Origin: a bacterium
GTDB taxonomy: Bacteria; Bacteroidota; Bacteroidia; Bacteroidales; Bacteroidaceae
Reading direction: 5' to 3'
Length of the DNA: 64,000 nucleotides
Assembly: GCA_963595925.1 (NCBI GenBank)
Contig: CAVBJM010000005.1
Span: 22,060 to 86,059, forward strand
Shown: in pieces, positions 28,331 to 37,622 of the stretch
Layout: each line of letters opens with the position of its first letter
How positions within the stretch are numbered: position 1 is the stretch's first letter
The notes under the pieces: model-generated
What the model saw: the letters and a program-made list of their open reading frames with translations, nothing else
What the model was told of the DNA's origin: nothing
Database searches by the model: none
Program-made: the position numbers and the translations under genes

Positions 28331-29893
28331 ATGAAAAAACCAATTATACTATTAGCCATCGCCACCGCACTGACCACCACCGCGTGCGGCGATTTCCTGA
28401 ACGAATACTCACAAGACAAGGTGACCGCCACCGAGGTGTCGCACCTGGACGAACTATTGCTGGGAAGCGTCTATATGCCCAGCACGGCGCAGAACGGCCC
28501 GTCGGCCAGCTACTGCGGATTCTTGAACATACTGGACGATGACGTAAACACAGGATTGTGCGACAAGGCGCCCGGAAGCATCTGGAACGTGTACAACAGC
28601 TACGTGAGCGGTCGCTACGGCTACTTCGCTTGGCAATACGAAGTGGGAAAGAAATACGAAGACGGCTCTACTTCATCAGACGACGCTTCGTGGGTAGACC
28701 TATACAAACGCATCAACGTGGCAAACGTCATACTGGATCAGATAACCGACATGCCACACGAAACGGAAACCGACTTGGCTACCTATTATCGGGTGCAAGG
28801 CGAAGCGCACTTCCTGCGCGCCTGCTTCTACTTCACGTTGGCGAACTTGTACGGCCCGGCCTATAATCCCTCCACCTGCGAGAAAGACCTCTGCGTTCCG
28901 CTGAAGTTGACTCCCAACGTGGAAACGACCGTATTCCCCAGAGCTACCACCAAAGCGGTGTACGACCAAGTGATAGCCGACCTACAAAAAGCCGAAGAAC
29001 TGCTGACCACCAGTCCGCAGATTGAAGCGCACCGCCTCTACCGCGCCTCGGCCGAAGCCGCGCAACTGCTACTGAGCCGTGTGTACCTGTACATGCAGCA
29101 GTGGGACAAAGCCGCCGAAAAAGCGGATAAAGTGATAGGCAGTACCAACTTTTCGTTGGCTACCATCGACCAACTGGCTGAAGGGAACGACTTCCTGACC
29201 GAAGGAAACGAAGACATCATCTTCTCGCAAGGATGTAACTTCGTTTCGGGCTACTGCTTCAAGGGATTCATCGGTGACTTCTGCGTAACAAACGAACTGT
29301 ATCAGATGTACGATGACAATGACGCGCGCAAGGCTAACTTCTTCAAGCACTACGAGCAATACGATGGCACGGAGGTAGACAGCATCGGGTTAGCCAACAA
29401 ATACCATCGCGAGAACGACTACCGCGCTCATGTGTCTGACGCGTTCACCTTGCGTATATCGGAAGCCTACCTCAACAAGGCGGAAGCGTGTGCCATGCAA
29501 AGCGGACAAGAAAGCGAAGCTCTCTCTGTTCTGAACACGTTCCGGAAGAACCGCATCAACGAATACACCGCACAGACTTACACGGGTGAAGAACTGGTTA
29601 AACAGATACGCGACGAACGCCGCAAGGAACTGTGCTTCGAGGGACACCGTTGGTTCGACTTGCGCCGCTATGCCGTAAACGAGAAATATCCGTTCAGCAA
29701 GGCCATTGTACACGTAATGAACATCCCCAACTCGCAAGGCGTCATCAAACGAGGCGAATCTTACAAACTGGATGAAAACGATGACGCATACACGTTCCAG
29801 ATACCGAAATCTGTAATCGAATTCGACCAAAACAAAACAACGAACAACCCGCGCAGCAAACGCCCGTACTTCGCAATTAAAGTATATAAATAA
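28331..29893 (+). CDS. susD: SusD/RagB family lipoprotein, Cys-rich
   Basis: Lipobox TTAC; GEAHFLRA, RISEAYLNKAEA, ERRKELCFEGHRWFDLRR. Confidence 0.92.
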   Translation: MKKPIILLAIATALTTTACGDFLNEYSQDKVTATEVSHLDELLLGSVYMPSTAQNGPSASYCGFLNILDDDVNTGLCDKAPGSIWNVYNSYVSGRYGYFAWQYEVGKKYEDGSTSSDDASWVDLYKRINVANVILDQITDMPHETETDLATYYRVQGEAHFLRACFYFTLANLYGPAYNPSTCEKDLCVPLKLTPNVETTVFPRATTKAVYDQVIADLQKAEELLTTSPQIEAHRLYRASAEAAQLLLSRVYLYMQQWDKAAEKADKVIGSTNFSLATIDQLAEGNDFLTEGNEDIIFSQGCNFVSGYCFKGFIGDFCVTNELYQMYDDNDARKANFFKHYEQYDGTEVDSIGLANKYHRENDYRAHVSDAFTLRISEAYLNKAEACAMQSGQESEALSVLNTFRKNRINEYTAQTYTGEELVKQIRDERRKELCFEGHRWFDLRRYAVNEKYPFSKAIVHVMNIPNSQGVIKRGESYKLDENDDAYTFQIPKSVIEFDQNKTTNNPRSKRPYFAIKVYK

Positions 29894-29902
29894 AGACTGA
29901 AC

Positions 29903-30979
29903 ATGAAAACTGCAAAACTAATTATATGCTTGTTGGCAAGCGGTATGCTGGCCGCTTGCGGAGAAGATGCTCTGGACAACAGCCTAGACTTCAGCTCTCC
30001 ATACGTCATACAAGACGATTCGAACGACCCCATTCAGCACCACTGCTACGAAATCTATCAGAAATACAAGGTTTCTGTTTACTTCAACGACACCATCCAG
30101 ACCGTAAGCGACGGAACGGACCACAAAGGAAACCCCATCTACAAATACGAGACTCTGGATTTAAACTGGGACTTCAGCTCGCACGACGGGAGAACCATCA
30201 AATACACTTACGACTATCTGACCACAACCGAACAGAAAGAAAAGGCCATGCGCTTTGTTGACTCCTATCTGGGAATGGCCAGCAAGCCGCTCCGTCCGTT
30301 TACCATCCTGCTGACCGATACCATTCGGCGGGCAGACACCAATGGCGAGTCGGTAAGCACTGTCTACAAGTCCAGCTTCCGCTTGTTGGCCATGGCCCGA
30401 CTTACAAACTACTCCGATGAACAGATAGACTCGCTGAGCAGCTCGATAATCAACAATTCCGTTTCGGAAAAGATTAAGCTGAACACCACACTTACGGCAC
30501 GTTTCTGGGAAGTATCTGGCAAGAAGAACTGGTATAACCAGGAATGGACGGCAAGCGACGGACTGAACATCACCTCCTGCGCATACCTCACCACAAGAAA
30601 TGCCAACTTCTGCCCCAACCACTTCTGGGAAGAAGGAGCTTATGAGCTGTCGAAGAAAGGTGTACGCCCGGGTACGGTATACTGGAACTGGAGCGAAGAA
30701 CAGTTCACTGCCGCACGTGCCGAAGTGACCAATGTCATCGGACAGTACGGGTTTATCTGCGGACAGGCCGACATTACACAGGGTGACCTGACTTCGCCTT
30801 ACGGACACGTGAAGTCGCCTACCCGCGACGACGACTTGAAATTCTACATCAAGTGCATCTTAGGTATGAGCGAAACAGAGTTTAAGACACGCTACGGTGG
30901 CAGCACCCTGGTGATGAAGAAATACAACATGCTGGTGGACTACATCACCAACACCCTCAAAATAGAACTGAAGAAATAA
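29903..30979 (+). CDS. Hypothetical lipoprotein downstream of susD
   Basis: Lipobox MLAAC with acidic export-signal-like GEDALD; in operon; no catalytic motif recognised. Confidence 0.75.
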   Translation: MKTAKLIICLLASGMLAACGEDALDNSLDFSSPYVIQDDSNDPIQHHCYEIYQKYKVSVYFNDTIQTVSDGTDHKGNPIYKYETLDLNWDFSSHDGRTIKYTYDYLTTTEQKEKAMRFVDSYLGMASKPLRPFTILLTDTIRRADTNGESVSTVYKSSFRLLAMARLTNYSDEQIDSLSSSIINNSVSEKIKLNTTLTARFWEVSGKKNWYNQEWTASDGLNITSCAYLTTRNANFCPNHFWEEGAYELSKKGVRPGTVYWNWSEEQFTAARAEVTNVIGQYGFICGQADITQGDLTSPYGHVKSPTRDDDLKFYIKCILGMSETEFKTRYGGSTLVMKKYNMLVDYITNTLKIELKK

Positions 30980-30988
30980 CGCACGATT

Positions 30989-32005
30989 ATGAAAAAGCTA
31001 TACTACATCTTACCCCTCGCCTTTGCAGCCGCCACACTGAGCAGCTGCAAGAACGATGACGTGGAAACAGACGAAATACAGACCTCACAAATATCCGCTA
31101 CAGAAAGCTTTACCGACACACGCGACGGTCACGTGTACAAGTGCATCAAGATAGGCAATCAGATATGGATGGCCGAAAATCTGGCTTACTATCTGGAAGG
31201 CGGATCGATGAACGGATGTTACACCTGGGACGAAAGCACATTCTCGGCCGAAAAGGTAACCGTATCGGACACCGACTGGGCAAACGCCTTTCTGGCTTAT
31301 GCTGAAGAGACGGGCGACCCCGCTGCACAGATGGCCATCATGTACGCACCTTACATGGGAATGGAAATCATTGACTTCAAAGATCCGGACGCATACACAG
31401 CCTTCGGCATCACCGAAGAATACATGAGTAATTTCAACGACTATCTGAACACGAACGTAAAGGCTCAGCTAGCTACGGTACAAGCCAAGGAAGCCACAGA
31501 GAAAGCAGAGAAAGAAAACGGAAACTACTCGAAAACATACGGCTATCTATACACGCTGGACGGTGCGCGAAACGCTGTACCCGAAGGATGGCGCATCCCA
31601 TCGGATGCAGACTGGAAGAAGTTGGAAGCCGCACTAGGCATGTCGACCTCCGAGATAGAGAAGAACAACGCTTGGCGAGGCATAAACGCCGGCACGTATC
31701 TGAAAGATGGCGGTGCCAGCGGATTCAACGCCCTACTGGGCGGATGCAACGCTTATGCAGCTGGAGTAAACGATATGAGTTACATCAAGCTGAACGATGG
31801 CGGTTACTTCTGGACCAATGAAGAGCAGGTAGTAGACAGCGATGATACCGACACCACAATATCTGAAGACGAGAAGGTTATACGCAAGGGTATGTACCGC
31901 TTCGTGACCATCTACTCCACACAGATATGGAGAGGCGAAACGTTTATCAACAGTGAATACAGAGACGTGGCGTACAGCGTGCGCTGCGTAAAAGATGCCC
32001 AATAA
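30989..32005 (+). CDS. FISUMP-like (Fibrobacter succinogenes major paralogous domain) lipoprotein
   Basis: FTDTRDGHVYKCIKIGNQIWMAENL, YGYLYT, PEGWRIPSDADW, GFNALLGG, YSVRCVKD. Confidence 0.88.
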   Translation: MKKLYYILPLAFAAATLSSCKNDDVETDEIQTSQISATESFTDTRDGHVYKCIKIGNQIWMAENLAYYLEGGSMNGCYTWDESTFSAEKVTVSDTDWANAFLAYAEETGDPAAQMAIMYAPYMGMEIIDFKDPDAYTAFGITEEYMSNFNDYLNTNVKAQLATVQAKEATEKAEKENGNYSKTYGYLYTLDGARNAVPEGWRIPSDADWKKLEAALGMSTSEIEKNNAWRGINAGTYLKDGGASGFNALLGGCNAYAAGVNDMSYIKLNDGGYFWTNEEQVVDSDDTDTTISEDEKVIRKGMYRFVTIYSTQIWRGETFINSEYRDVAYSVRCVKDAQ

Positions 32006-32025
32006 AACTACCCCAAACGGGTGGA

Positions 32026-32066
32026 TTTCGCCGCCTATGCGTCTGCGTGGGCGGCGAAACCTTTTT
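32026..32066 (+). terminator. Intrinsic terminator
   Basis: tttcgccgcctatgc ... gcgtgggcggcgaaa stem followed by ccttttt. Confidence 0.7.
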
Positions 32067-32164
32067 ATACACAGGGGTTAAAGTTGCTTAATTATTTCCC
32101 GTAACACTACACCCTACAGACTTTCAGTTGTCTAATCTCTAAACAACACGATTACAGAAACACA

Positions 32165-33625
32165 ATGATAAAAAAATATATCCGCACGTTTCTCTTCATC
32201 GGGATATGCCTTCTGGCCGGAAATATACAGGCTCAGCAAAGCGAAACCTACGGCGACAAAGTCAAGTCGGACGTAAAAATGCACTATGTGTACAGCTACG
32301 ACGAGGCTCTGAAACAGGCAAAGAAACAAAATAAACTGATATTCTTCAACTGCTTTGCCGACTGGGCGTTACCTTGTCACGTCATGAACCAAAACGTATT
32401 CAGCAATCAGGAGTTCTGCGACTACATGAACCGTACGTTCGTAAACCTCTTTGTAAACATGCCCGCAGCCGAAGGGAAACCGCTGGCCGATAAATACGGG
32501 GTAAAGAACTATGCCTGCTACCTGATACTGGACAGCAAGGGGAACATGGTGCAGCGTATCGGAAGCGGTGGCGAATTGCCCGAGTTTAAGGAATGGGTAG
32601 ACCTCTCGCTCAGCCCGAAGACTTCACTGGCCGGCACCCGAAAGAAATATGAAAGCGGAAAGTATTCACAACAAGACCTGTACCGCTACCTGAAAGCATT
32701 GGATGTGGCCAACGACACACTGTTTCGGTCACTCTCGAAAACGTACATGAAAGACCTGAAGCCGGAAGACTACGCCCGGAAAGAGAACTGGCTTTTCGTT
32801 TATCCAGCCATGAAAAACCGCGAAAGCGAACTGTATCCATACTTCCTACATCACAGAGACCTATTTGTGAAAAGCCACGGCACGCAGAAGGTTAACTCCA
32901 TGTTCGAGTATCTGTTCTACCCCGAAGTGTTCTCGTATGCTACGGGCGATACTCCCTACGATAGAGTTCGGTTCGGAGCTATCACCGATGAAATCAAATT
33001 AGCCTGTCTACCAGACACCTGCGTCACCCTCATCACTCACCAAGTGGCACGCCTCAGAGGCGAAAAGAGGTATACCGAGCTCATTGACTACTTACGGGAA
33101 AACGGACGAAGGCTCTCCATCTACAAGTACAGCATAGACATGAGCCTCAACATTCCCGACATGAACATTGATGAAAAGAAATACACGGCCGCCTATCTGA
33201 AAGAAACAGCCGAGCGGTTCAACGGCATGTCGGCTGGAAAGCCATTGGAAGAGATGGCCGAACGGATGTTGGAGAAAGAAACAGGAATCACATTCCTACA
33301 ACAGCCAGCGTTCGACGATGTACTCAATCAAGCCAAGCGTGAGGGGAAACTTGTTTTCATAGACTGCTACACCTCGTGGTGCGGGCCCTGCCGCCTGATG
33401 TCGTCCAACGTATTTACCCGGAAAGAAGTGGGAGAATTCTTCAACACCCACTTCATAAACGTAAAATACAACATGGAAAAGGGAGAGGCCGTAGCCATCG
33501 GAAAGAAATATGAGGTAAACGTCTACCCTACCCTACTCATTCTGGACAGTAATGGAAAACTTCTGAAAAAGCATCAGGGCGCACTAAACGCTGAAGATCT
33601 GACCGAATGGGCAAAACAAGAATAA
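32165..33625 (+). CDS. Exported protein with two thioredoxin domains
   Basis: Signal peptide; N-terminal domain CFADWALPC (degenerate site); C-terminal domain DCYTSWCGPC and VYPT. Confidence 0.88.
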   Translation: MIKKYIRTFLFIGICLLAGNIQAQQSETYGDKVKSDVKMHYVYSYDEALKQAKKQNKLIFFNCFADWALPCHVMNQNVFSNQEFCDYMNRTFVNLFVNMPAAEGKPLADKYGVKNYACYLILDSKGNMVQRIGSGGELPEFKEWVDLSLSPKTSLAGTRKKYESGKYSQQDLYRYLKALDVANDTLFRSLSKTYMKDLKPEDYARKENWLFVYPAMKNRESELYPYFLHHRDLFVKSHGTQKVNSMFEYLFYPEVFSYATGDTPYDRVRFGAITDEIKLACLPDTCVTLITHQVARLRGEKRYTELIDYLRENGRRLSIYKYSIDMSLNIPDMNIDEKKYTAAYLKETAERFNGMSAGKPLEEMAERMLEKETGITFLQQPAFDDVLNQAKREGKLVFIDCYTSWCGPCRLMSSNVFTRKEVGEFFNTHFINVKYNMEKGEAVAIGKKYEVNVYPTLLILDSNGKLLKKHQGALNAEDLTEWAKQE

Positions 33626-33645
33626 AATATCCAACCATAAACATA

Positions 33646-34725
33646 ATGAAAAAAACAATTCTTACACTGGCACTTCTGAGTGGTGCCACATGGGCTTCGG
33701 CTCAATCTACATTTTCCATTGAGGGAACCACAGATAATCTCATCGAAGGGGAAACCGTATATCTCATAAAAACGGAATTCGGCGGAATGCCGACCGACAG
33801 TACGACAGTAAAAGACGGTAAATTCTCGTTTACCGGCCAAGTAGACCGTCAGACTACCGGATACCTCGCCGGAGGTGGCGGAGGTATCAACTTCATTATC
33901 GAACCGGGGACCATCCGTCTAGCGCTGGCCAGCGGGAAAATAGGCGGAACACCCACCAACGAAAAGTTGGGAGCGTATATGCAAAGCATCTATCCGCTCA
34001 ATGAGAAGATGTACAAGCTGCGTACCGAAGCCCGACAGTACGACGTGCACAAGGATTCGCTGAAGCTGGTAGAATTGCAAAACGAATTCAACCGGACATA
34101 TGATGAAGTAAAGAGCGCATCGAAAAAGTATATCTTCGAGAATCTGGATAACATTACACCGTCGATGATACTTCCGACCATCAGCAACGCCCTTACCGAC
34201 CAAGAAATGGAAGCCATCGACAGCAAAGCATGCGACATTCTGAAAGCCAATTCCAACTACCAGTCCGTAATCAGTGCCCGAAAAGCCAAACACAATGCCG
34301 AAGTTGGGAAGCATTTCACTGACTTCAGTATGCAGACTCCCGACGGAAAAACGGTTTCGCTATCCGACTATGTTGGTAAAGGCAAATACGTACTGATAGA
34401 TTTTTGGGCTTCGTGGTGCGGGCCATGCCGAAAGAGCATGCCAGCTCTGAAAGAACTGTACGCCAAATATCAAGGCAAAGCGTTTGAGGTGGTAGGCGTT
34501 TCGTACGACACCGACAAAAATGCTTGGACAAAGGCCATCAAAGACCTGGAACTGCTCTGGCCGCATATGTCCGATTTGAAAGGAGGAGCAAACAGCGTAG
34601 CCTCGGCAACCTATGCCATCAATGCGATACCCTACACCCTGCTGGTGGATCCTAACGGAACAATCGTAGCGGTCAATGCCAGACACGAAAAGTTGAACGA
34701 AATTCTTTCTGCCAATCTGAAATAA
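33646..34725 (+). CDS. TlpA-family thiol-disulfide oxidoreductase (DUF4369-like + AhpC/TSA)
   Basis: Signal peptide; DSTTVKDGKFSF; LIDFWASWCGPCR; AIPYTLLVDPNG. Confidence 0.92.
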   Translation: MKKTILTLALLSGATWASAQSTFSIEGTTDNLIEGETVYLIKTEFGGMPTDSTTVKDGKFSFTGQVDRQTTGYLAGGGGGINFIIEPGTIRLALASGKIGGTPTNEKLGAYMQSIYPLNEKMYKLRTEARQYDVHKDSLKLVELQNEFNRTYDEVKSASKKYIFENLDNITPSMILPTISNALTDQEMEAIDSKACDILKANSNYQSVISARKAKHNAEVGKHFTDFSMQTPDGKTVSLSDYVGKGKYVLIDFWASWCGPCRKSMPALKELYAKYQGKAFEVVGVSYDTDKNAWTKAIKDLELLWPHMSDLKGGANSVASATYAINAIPYTLLVDPNGTIVAVNARHEKLNEILSANLK

Positions 34726-34735
34726 CCGGAAGCTA

Positions 34736-35887
34736 ATGAATGCCTTGATACCCCGATTCGTTTGGGTCTTGCTCTGCATGATACTCCCGACGACTGCATT
34801 CAGTCAGTACCGGGTGGAAATACCATACACCGAAGAGAACGGTAAGTTCATCGTAGAGGTGAAAGTGAACGGACTTCCGGGACGATTCCTGATAGATACA
34901 GGTGCCCCTTGCGCCATCTCACATACTTTCCTACAGAAAGTGGGGAAAGCAGATGGATTATCGACAGACTTTTACGACTCTAACGGGAACGCCATCAAGG
35001 CTCAGCTGACCGTAATAGACTGTCTCACGCTGGGCGGCGTACAGTTTCAGAAACTACAAGCCATAAGCCTTCCGCCACAGAATATCATCGAGACATTCCA
35101 CGTGGACGGAATCATCGGTTATAACCTCTTCCGCATGGGAAGCATCCGACTGAACGGAAAAAAGCGAACCTTTACACTCAGTAGCTCGCCGTGCGTAACT
35201 CCATCGGACTCTGTTTATGCCATACCGATGGTAAAAGACCCTTTCCTGCCAGTAATTGCCGTAGGCATCGGAATGGCCGCACGCGATACGGTAATGTTCG
35301 ACTGTGGTGCATCGGGCTACTATACCCTCTCGAGCAAGGCTTACACACGCCTAACATCCGAAAAGGCCAAGCTGAAAAAGCTATCTGAAGGCGTAGGTAT
35401 CCTCTCTGCCGGAGCATCTGGAGTGGAACGAGGAACACGGAAATACCGCGTCAAGATACCCCAATTTAGCATTGGGAACAGCACGTTTAAAGATTTGACA
35501 ACCATCACCACATCGGCCAAGCAGTCGCGTATAGGAACAGGATTCCTACAGTTCGGCGACATTGCCATCGACTATTCCGCTGGACTGTTTTACTACATAC
35601 CTTACGTCCTCGGCACGACTCCCAACCTGTACGAACCGGAATGGAACGTCGTCATCATTGCCGCTCAAGACAAACTATTGGCAGGTATGGTATGGGATAC
35701 CAAACACACGTCCTTGCGAGGTGGTGAACAGATTACTGAGATAAACGGAACATCCTACCGCAAAGGTGTAGATATGTATCAGGCCGTTACTCGCGGCGTT
35801 ATCCCCGCCGGGGAAAACACGTTATCCATCAAGTATATCGACCCTGCTACAGGCGAAGAACGTTCCGCCACATTACACCGGAAATAG
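34736..35887 (+). CDS. Exported retropepsin-like aspartyl protease with C-terminal PDZ-like region
   Basis: FLIDTGA with DGIIG; second lobe MFDCGA with RIG; LRGGEQITEING. Confidence 0.82.
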   Translation: MNALIPRFVWVLLCMILPTTAFSQYRVEIPYTEENGKFIVEVKVNGLPGRFLIDTGAPCAISHTFLQKVGKADGLSTDFYDSNGNAIKAQLTVIDCLTLGGVQFQKLQAISLPPQNIIETFHVDGIIGYNLFRMGSIRLNGKKRTFTLSSSPCVTPSDSVYAIPMVKDPFLPVIAVGIGMAARDTVMFDCGASGYYTLSSKAYTRLTSEKAKLKKLSEGVGILSAGASGVERGTRKYRVKIPQFSIGNSTFKDLTTITTSAKQSRIGTGFLQFGDIAIDYSAGLFYYIPYVLGTTPNLYEPEWNVVIIAAQDKLLAGMVWDTKHTSLRGGEQITEINGTSYRKGVDMYQAVTRGVIPAGENTLSIKYIDPATGEERSATLHRK

Positions 35888-35899
35888 AAGACCTCATCA

Positions 35900-35953
35900 A
35901 ACAAAGTCCGTCCGGTACGTTTCCTTGTGAAACGATACTGGACGGACTTTGTT
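35900..35953. terminator. Bidirectional terminator
   Basis: aacaaagtccgtccggta ... tactggacggactttgtt between convergent genes. Confidence 0.8.
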
Positions 35954-35973
35954 GTTTTCTATACAGTTCTTTA

Positions 35974-36618
35974 TCAGTCTACAAACTGAATCTTCTCCGC
36001 ATCACGCAGTTTGGCTTCGGGAACCTCATCGGGATAACCGAAAGCGATGCAGTAAAGCAGGTTATAGCCTTCAGGCAGATTCAAACGCTTCACATAATCG
36101 GCCGCCTCAGGCTCGGTAAGCATAAACCGGGTAGGACTACCCAAGCAGCAAGACCCTATCCCCATCGACCATGCAGCCAGTATCATATTTTCACCCAACA
36201 AGCCGCAGTCAATCTGCGAGCAATCGTAAGACTGATCGTTGGCAATGAATACCACCGTAGGCGCATTGCGGAACATGTTCTTAAAGTTCGGGTCGGAAGC
36301 CACACGGTCGGCATTCTTTTTCTTAAACACCTCGGTAATGCCGTTAATATACTCCGGATTGTCTACCACACGGATAGCCCACGACTGTTTATTCATTCCG
36401 TTAGGGGCATTGATGCCACATTCCAAAATCATCTTCATCGTGTCGCGCGGCACCAGTTGCGGTTTGTACTTACGAATACTGCGGCGTGACATAATGGTTT
36501 CTATCACGCGATTTTGCGCACTTTCGGCCACGGCTTCATCGGAAGCCGTTGTTCCACTGCCGCATGCCATCAAAGGCATCAACAGCAAAGCCCAAGCCAT
36601 TTTTTTAAATCCTTTCAT
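35974..36618 (-). CDS. Nitroreductase family protein with lipoprotein signal
   Basis: RRSIRKY, APNGMNKQSW, ENMILAAWSMGIGSC, FGYPDE; lipobox LMAC. Confidence 0.9.
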   Translation of the reverse strand: MKGFKKMAWALLLMPLMACGSGTTASDEAVAESAQNRVIETIMSRRSIRKYKPQLVPRDTMKMILECGINAPNGMNKQSWAIRVVDNPEYINGITEVFKKKNADRVASDPNFKNMFRNAPTVVFIANDQSYDCSQIDCGLLGENMILAAWSMGIGSCCLGSPTRFMLTEPEAADYVKRLNLPEGYNLLYCIAFGYPDEVPEAKLRDAEKIQFVD

Positions 36619-36645
36619 CGTTCTGCTTTTTACGTTTTACACCGA

Positions 36646-36653
36646 CAAATATA
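36646..36653 (-). promoter_or_regulatory. -7 promoter element for the nitroreductase
   Basis: TATATTTG on the - strand. Confidence 0.55.
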
Positions 36654-36708
36654 ACAAGACATGCATAATCACGCAAGTGTTATTCACACATTCGGTTCAC
36701 TCCCTTAG

Positions 36709-37617
36709 TTAGAACTGATAGTCTTGTACCATCTCGTTGATGATGCCGTCAGCCAAGCCGATGTTGGGTACTTGGATAGACACAGCTCCTACGCTCTCGG
36801 CTACCACAAGAAAGATTTCTGCAGCAGGGACAATGACGTCAGCTCGGTCGGCTTTCAGACTGAATGTGTCCATACGCTCTTCCACCGAGAGTGGTGCCAA
36901 TGCCGCATGGAGTTTGTGCAAGGTGTCCACGGGTAACCGGTCAGCACGTTTCTCGCGCTTGTTGGCCAGTCGGTAAAGTTTGTTGATGTTGCCACCGCTT
37001 CCCACAATGGTAATGTTATCATAGCCATTGGTAACCTCACGTAACTCGGCTTGCATCTCAGCCTTGGTCTCGGGTGTTACTTTTCCCTTGAGTAGACGTA
37101 TCGTACCTACGTTGTATGAGTGAGAGTGGATGCGCTCGCCGTTGTGGATAAAAGTACATTCGGTAGAACCGCCACCCACGTCTACGTATAGAAAGTTGCC
37201 GTCCGTGGGTAGAAGCGAGAGGTGGTTGTCGTAGATAATCTGCGATTCTTCATCGCCAGAGATAATCTCCAACTTGATGTGTGCTTCCTTCTCAATGGCC
37301 TTCAGAACCTTCTTGCCATTGTCAGAGTCGCGCATGGCAGATGTGGCGCAAGCCCGATAACGCTCCACACCATACACCTTCATAAGCTGGCTATAAGCTT
37401 TCATGGTGTGGATAAACTGCTCTGCTTTCTCCTTTGACAGCTTCCCTTCGGTGAAGACCTCCATCCCTAAGCGTAGTGGCACACGCAGAAAGAGCAGTTT
37501 GCGCAGTCGCTGCTTGCCGTTGCTTTCGGTCTGAAGTTGTTTAATAAGCAAGCGAGAAGCGTTAGAGCCTACGTCGATGGCTGCGAAGATAGGCTGTGGT
37601 AGTATATTGTCGGTCAT
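36709..37617 (-). CDS. ppx: Exopolyphosphatase, Ppx/GppA family
   Basis: AAIDVGSNA, ATSAMRD, VDVGGGSTE, DRADVIVPA, GLADG. Confidence 0.93.
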   Translation of the reverse strand: MTDNILPQPIFAAIDVGSNASRLLIKQLQTESNGKQRLRKLLFLRVPLRLGMEVFTEGKLSKEKAEQFIHTMKAYSQLMKVYGVERYRACATSAMRDSDNGKKVLKAIEKEAHIKLEIISGDEESQIIYDNHLSLLPTDGNFLYVDVGGGSTECTFIHNGERIHSHSYNVGTIRLLKGKVTPETKAEMQAELREVTNGYDNITIVGSGGNINKLYRLANKREKRADRLPVDTLHKLHAALAPLSVEERMDTFSLKADRADVIVPAAEIFLVVAESVGAVSIQVPNIGLADGIINEMVQDYQF

Positions 37618-37622
37618 GAACG

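Noticed and set aside
30989..32005. FISUMP-like gene as a diversity-generating retroelement target
   Set aside because: No reverse transcriptase and no template/variable repeat pair seen in the window
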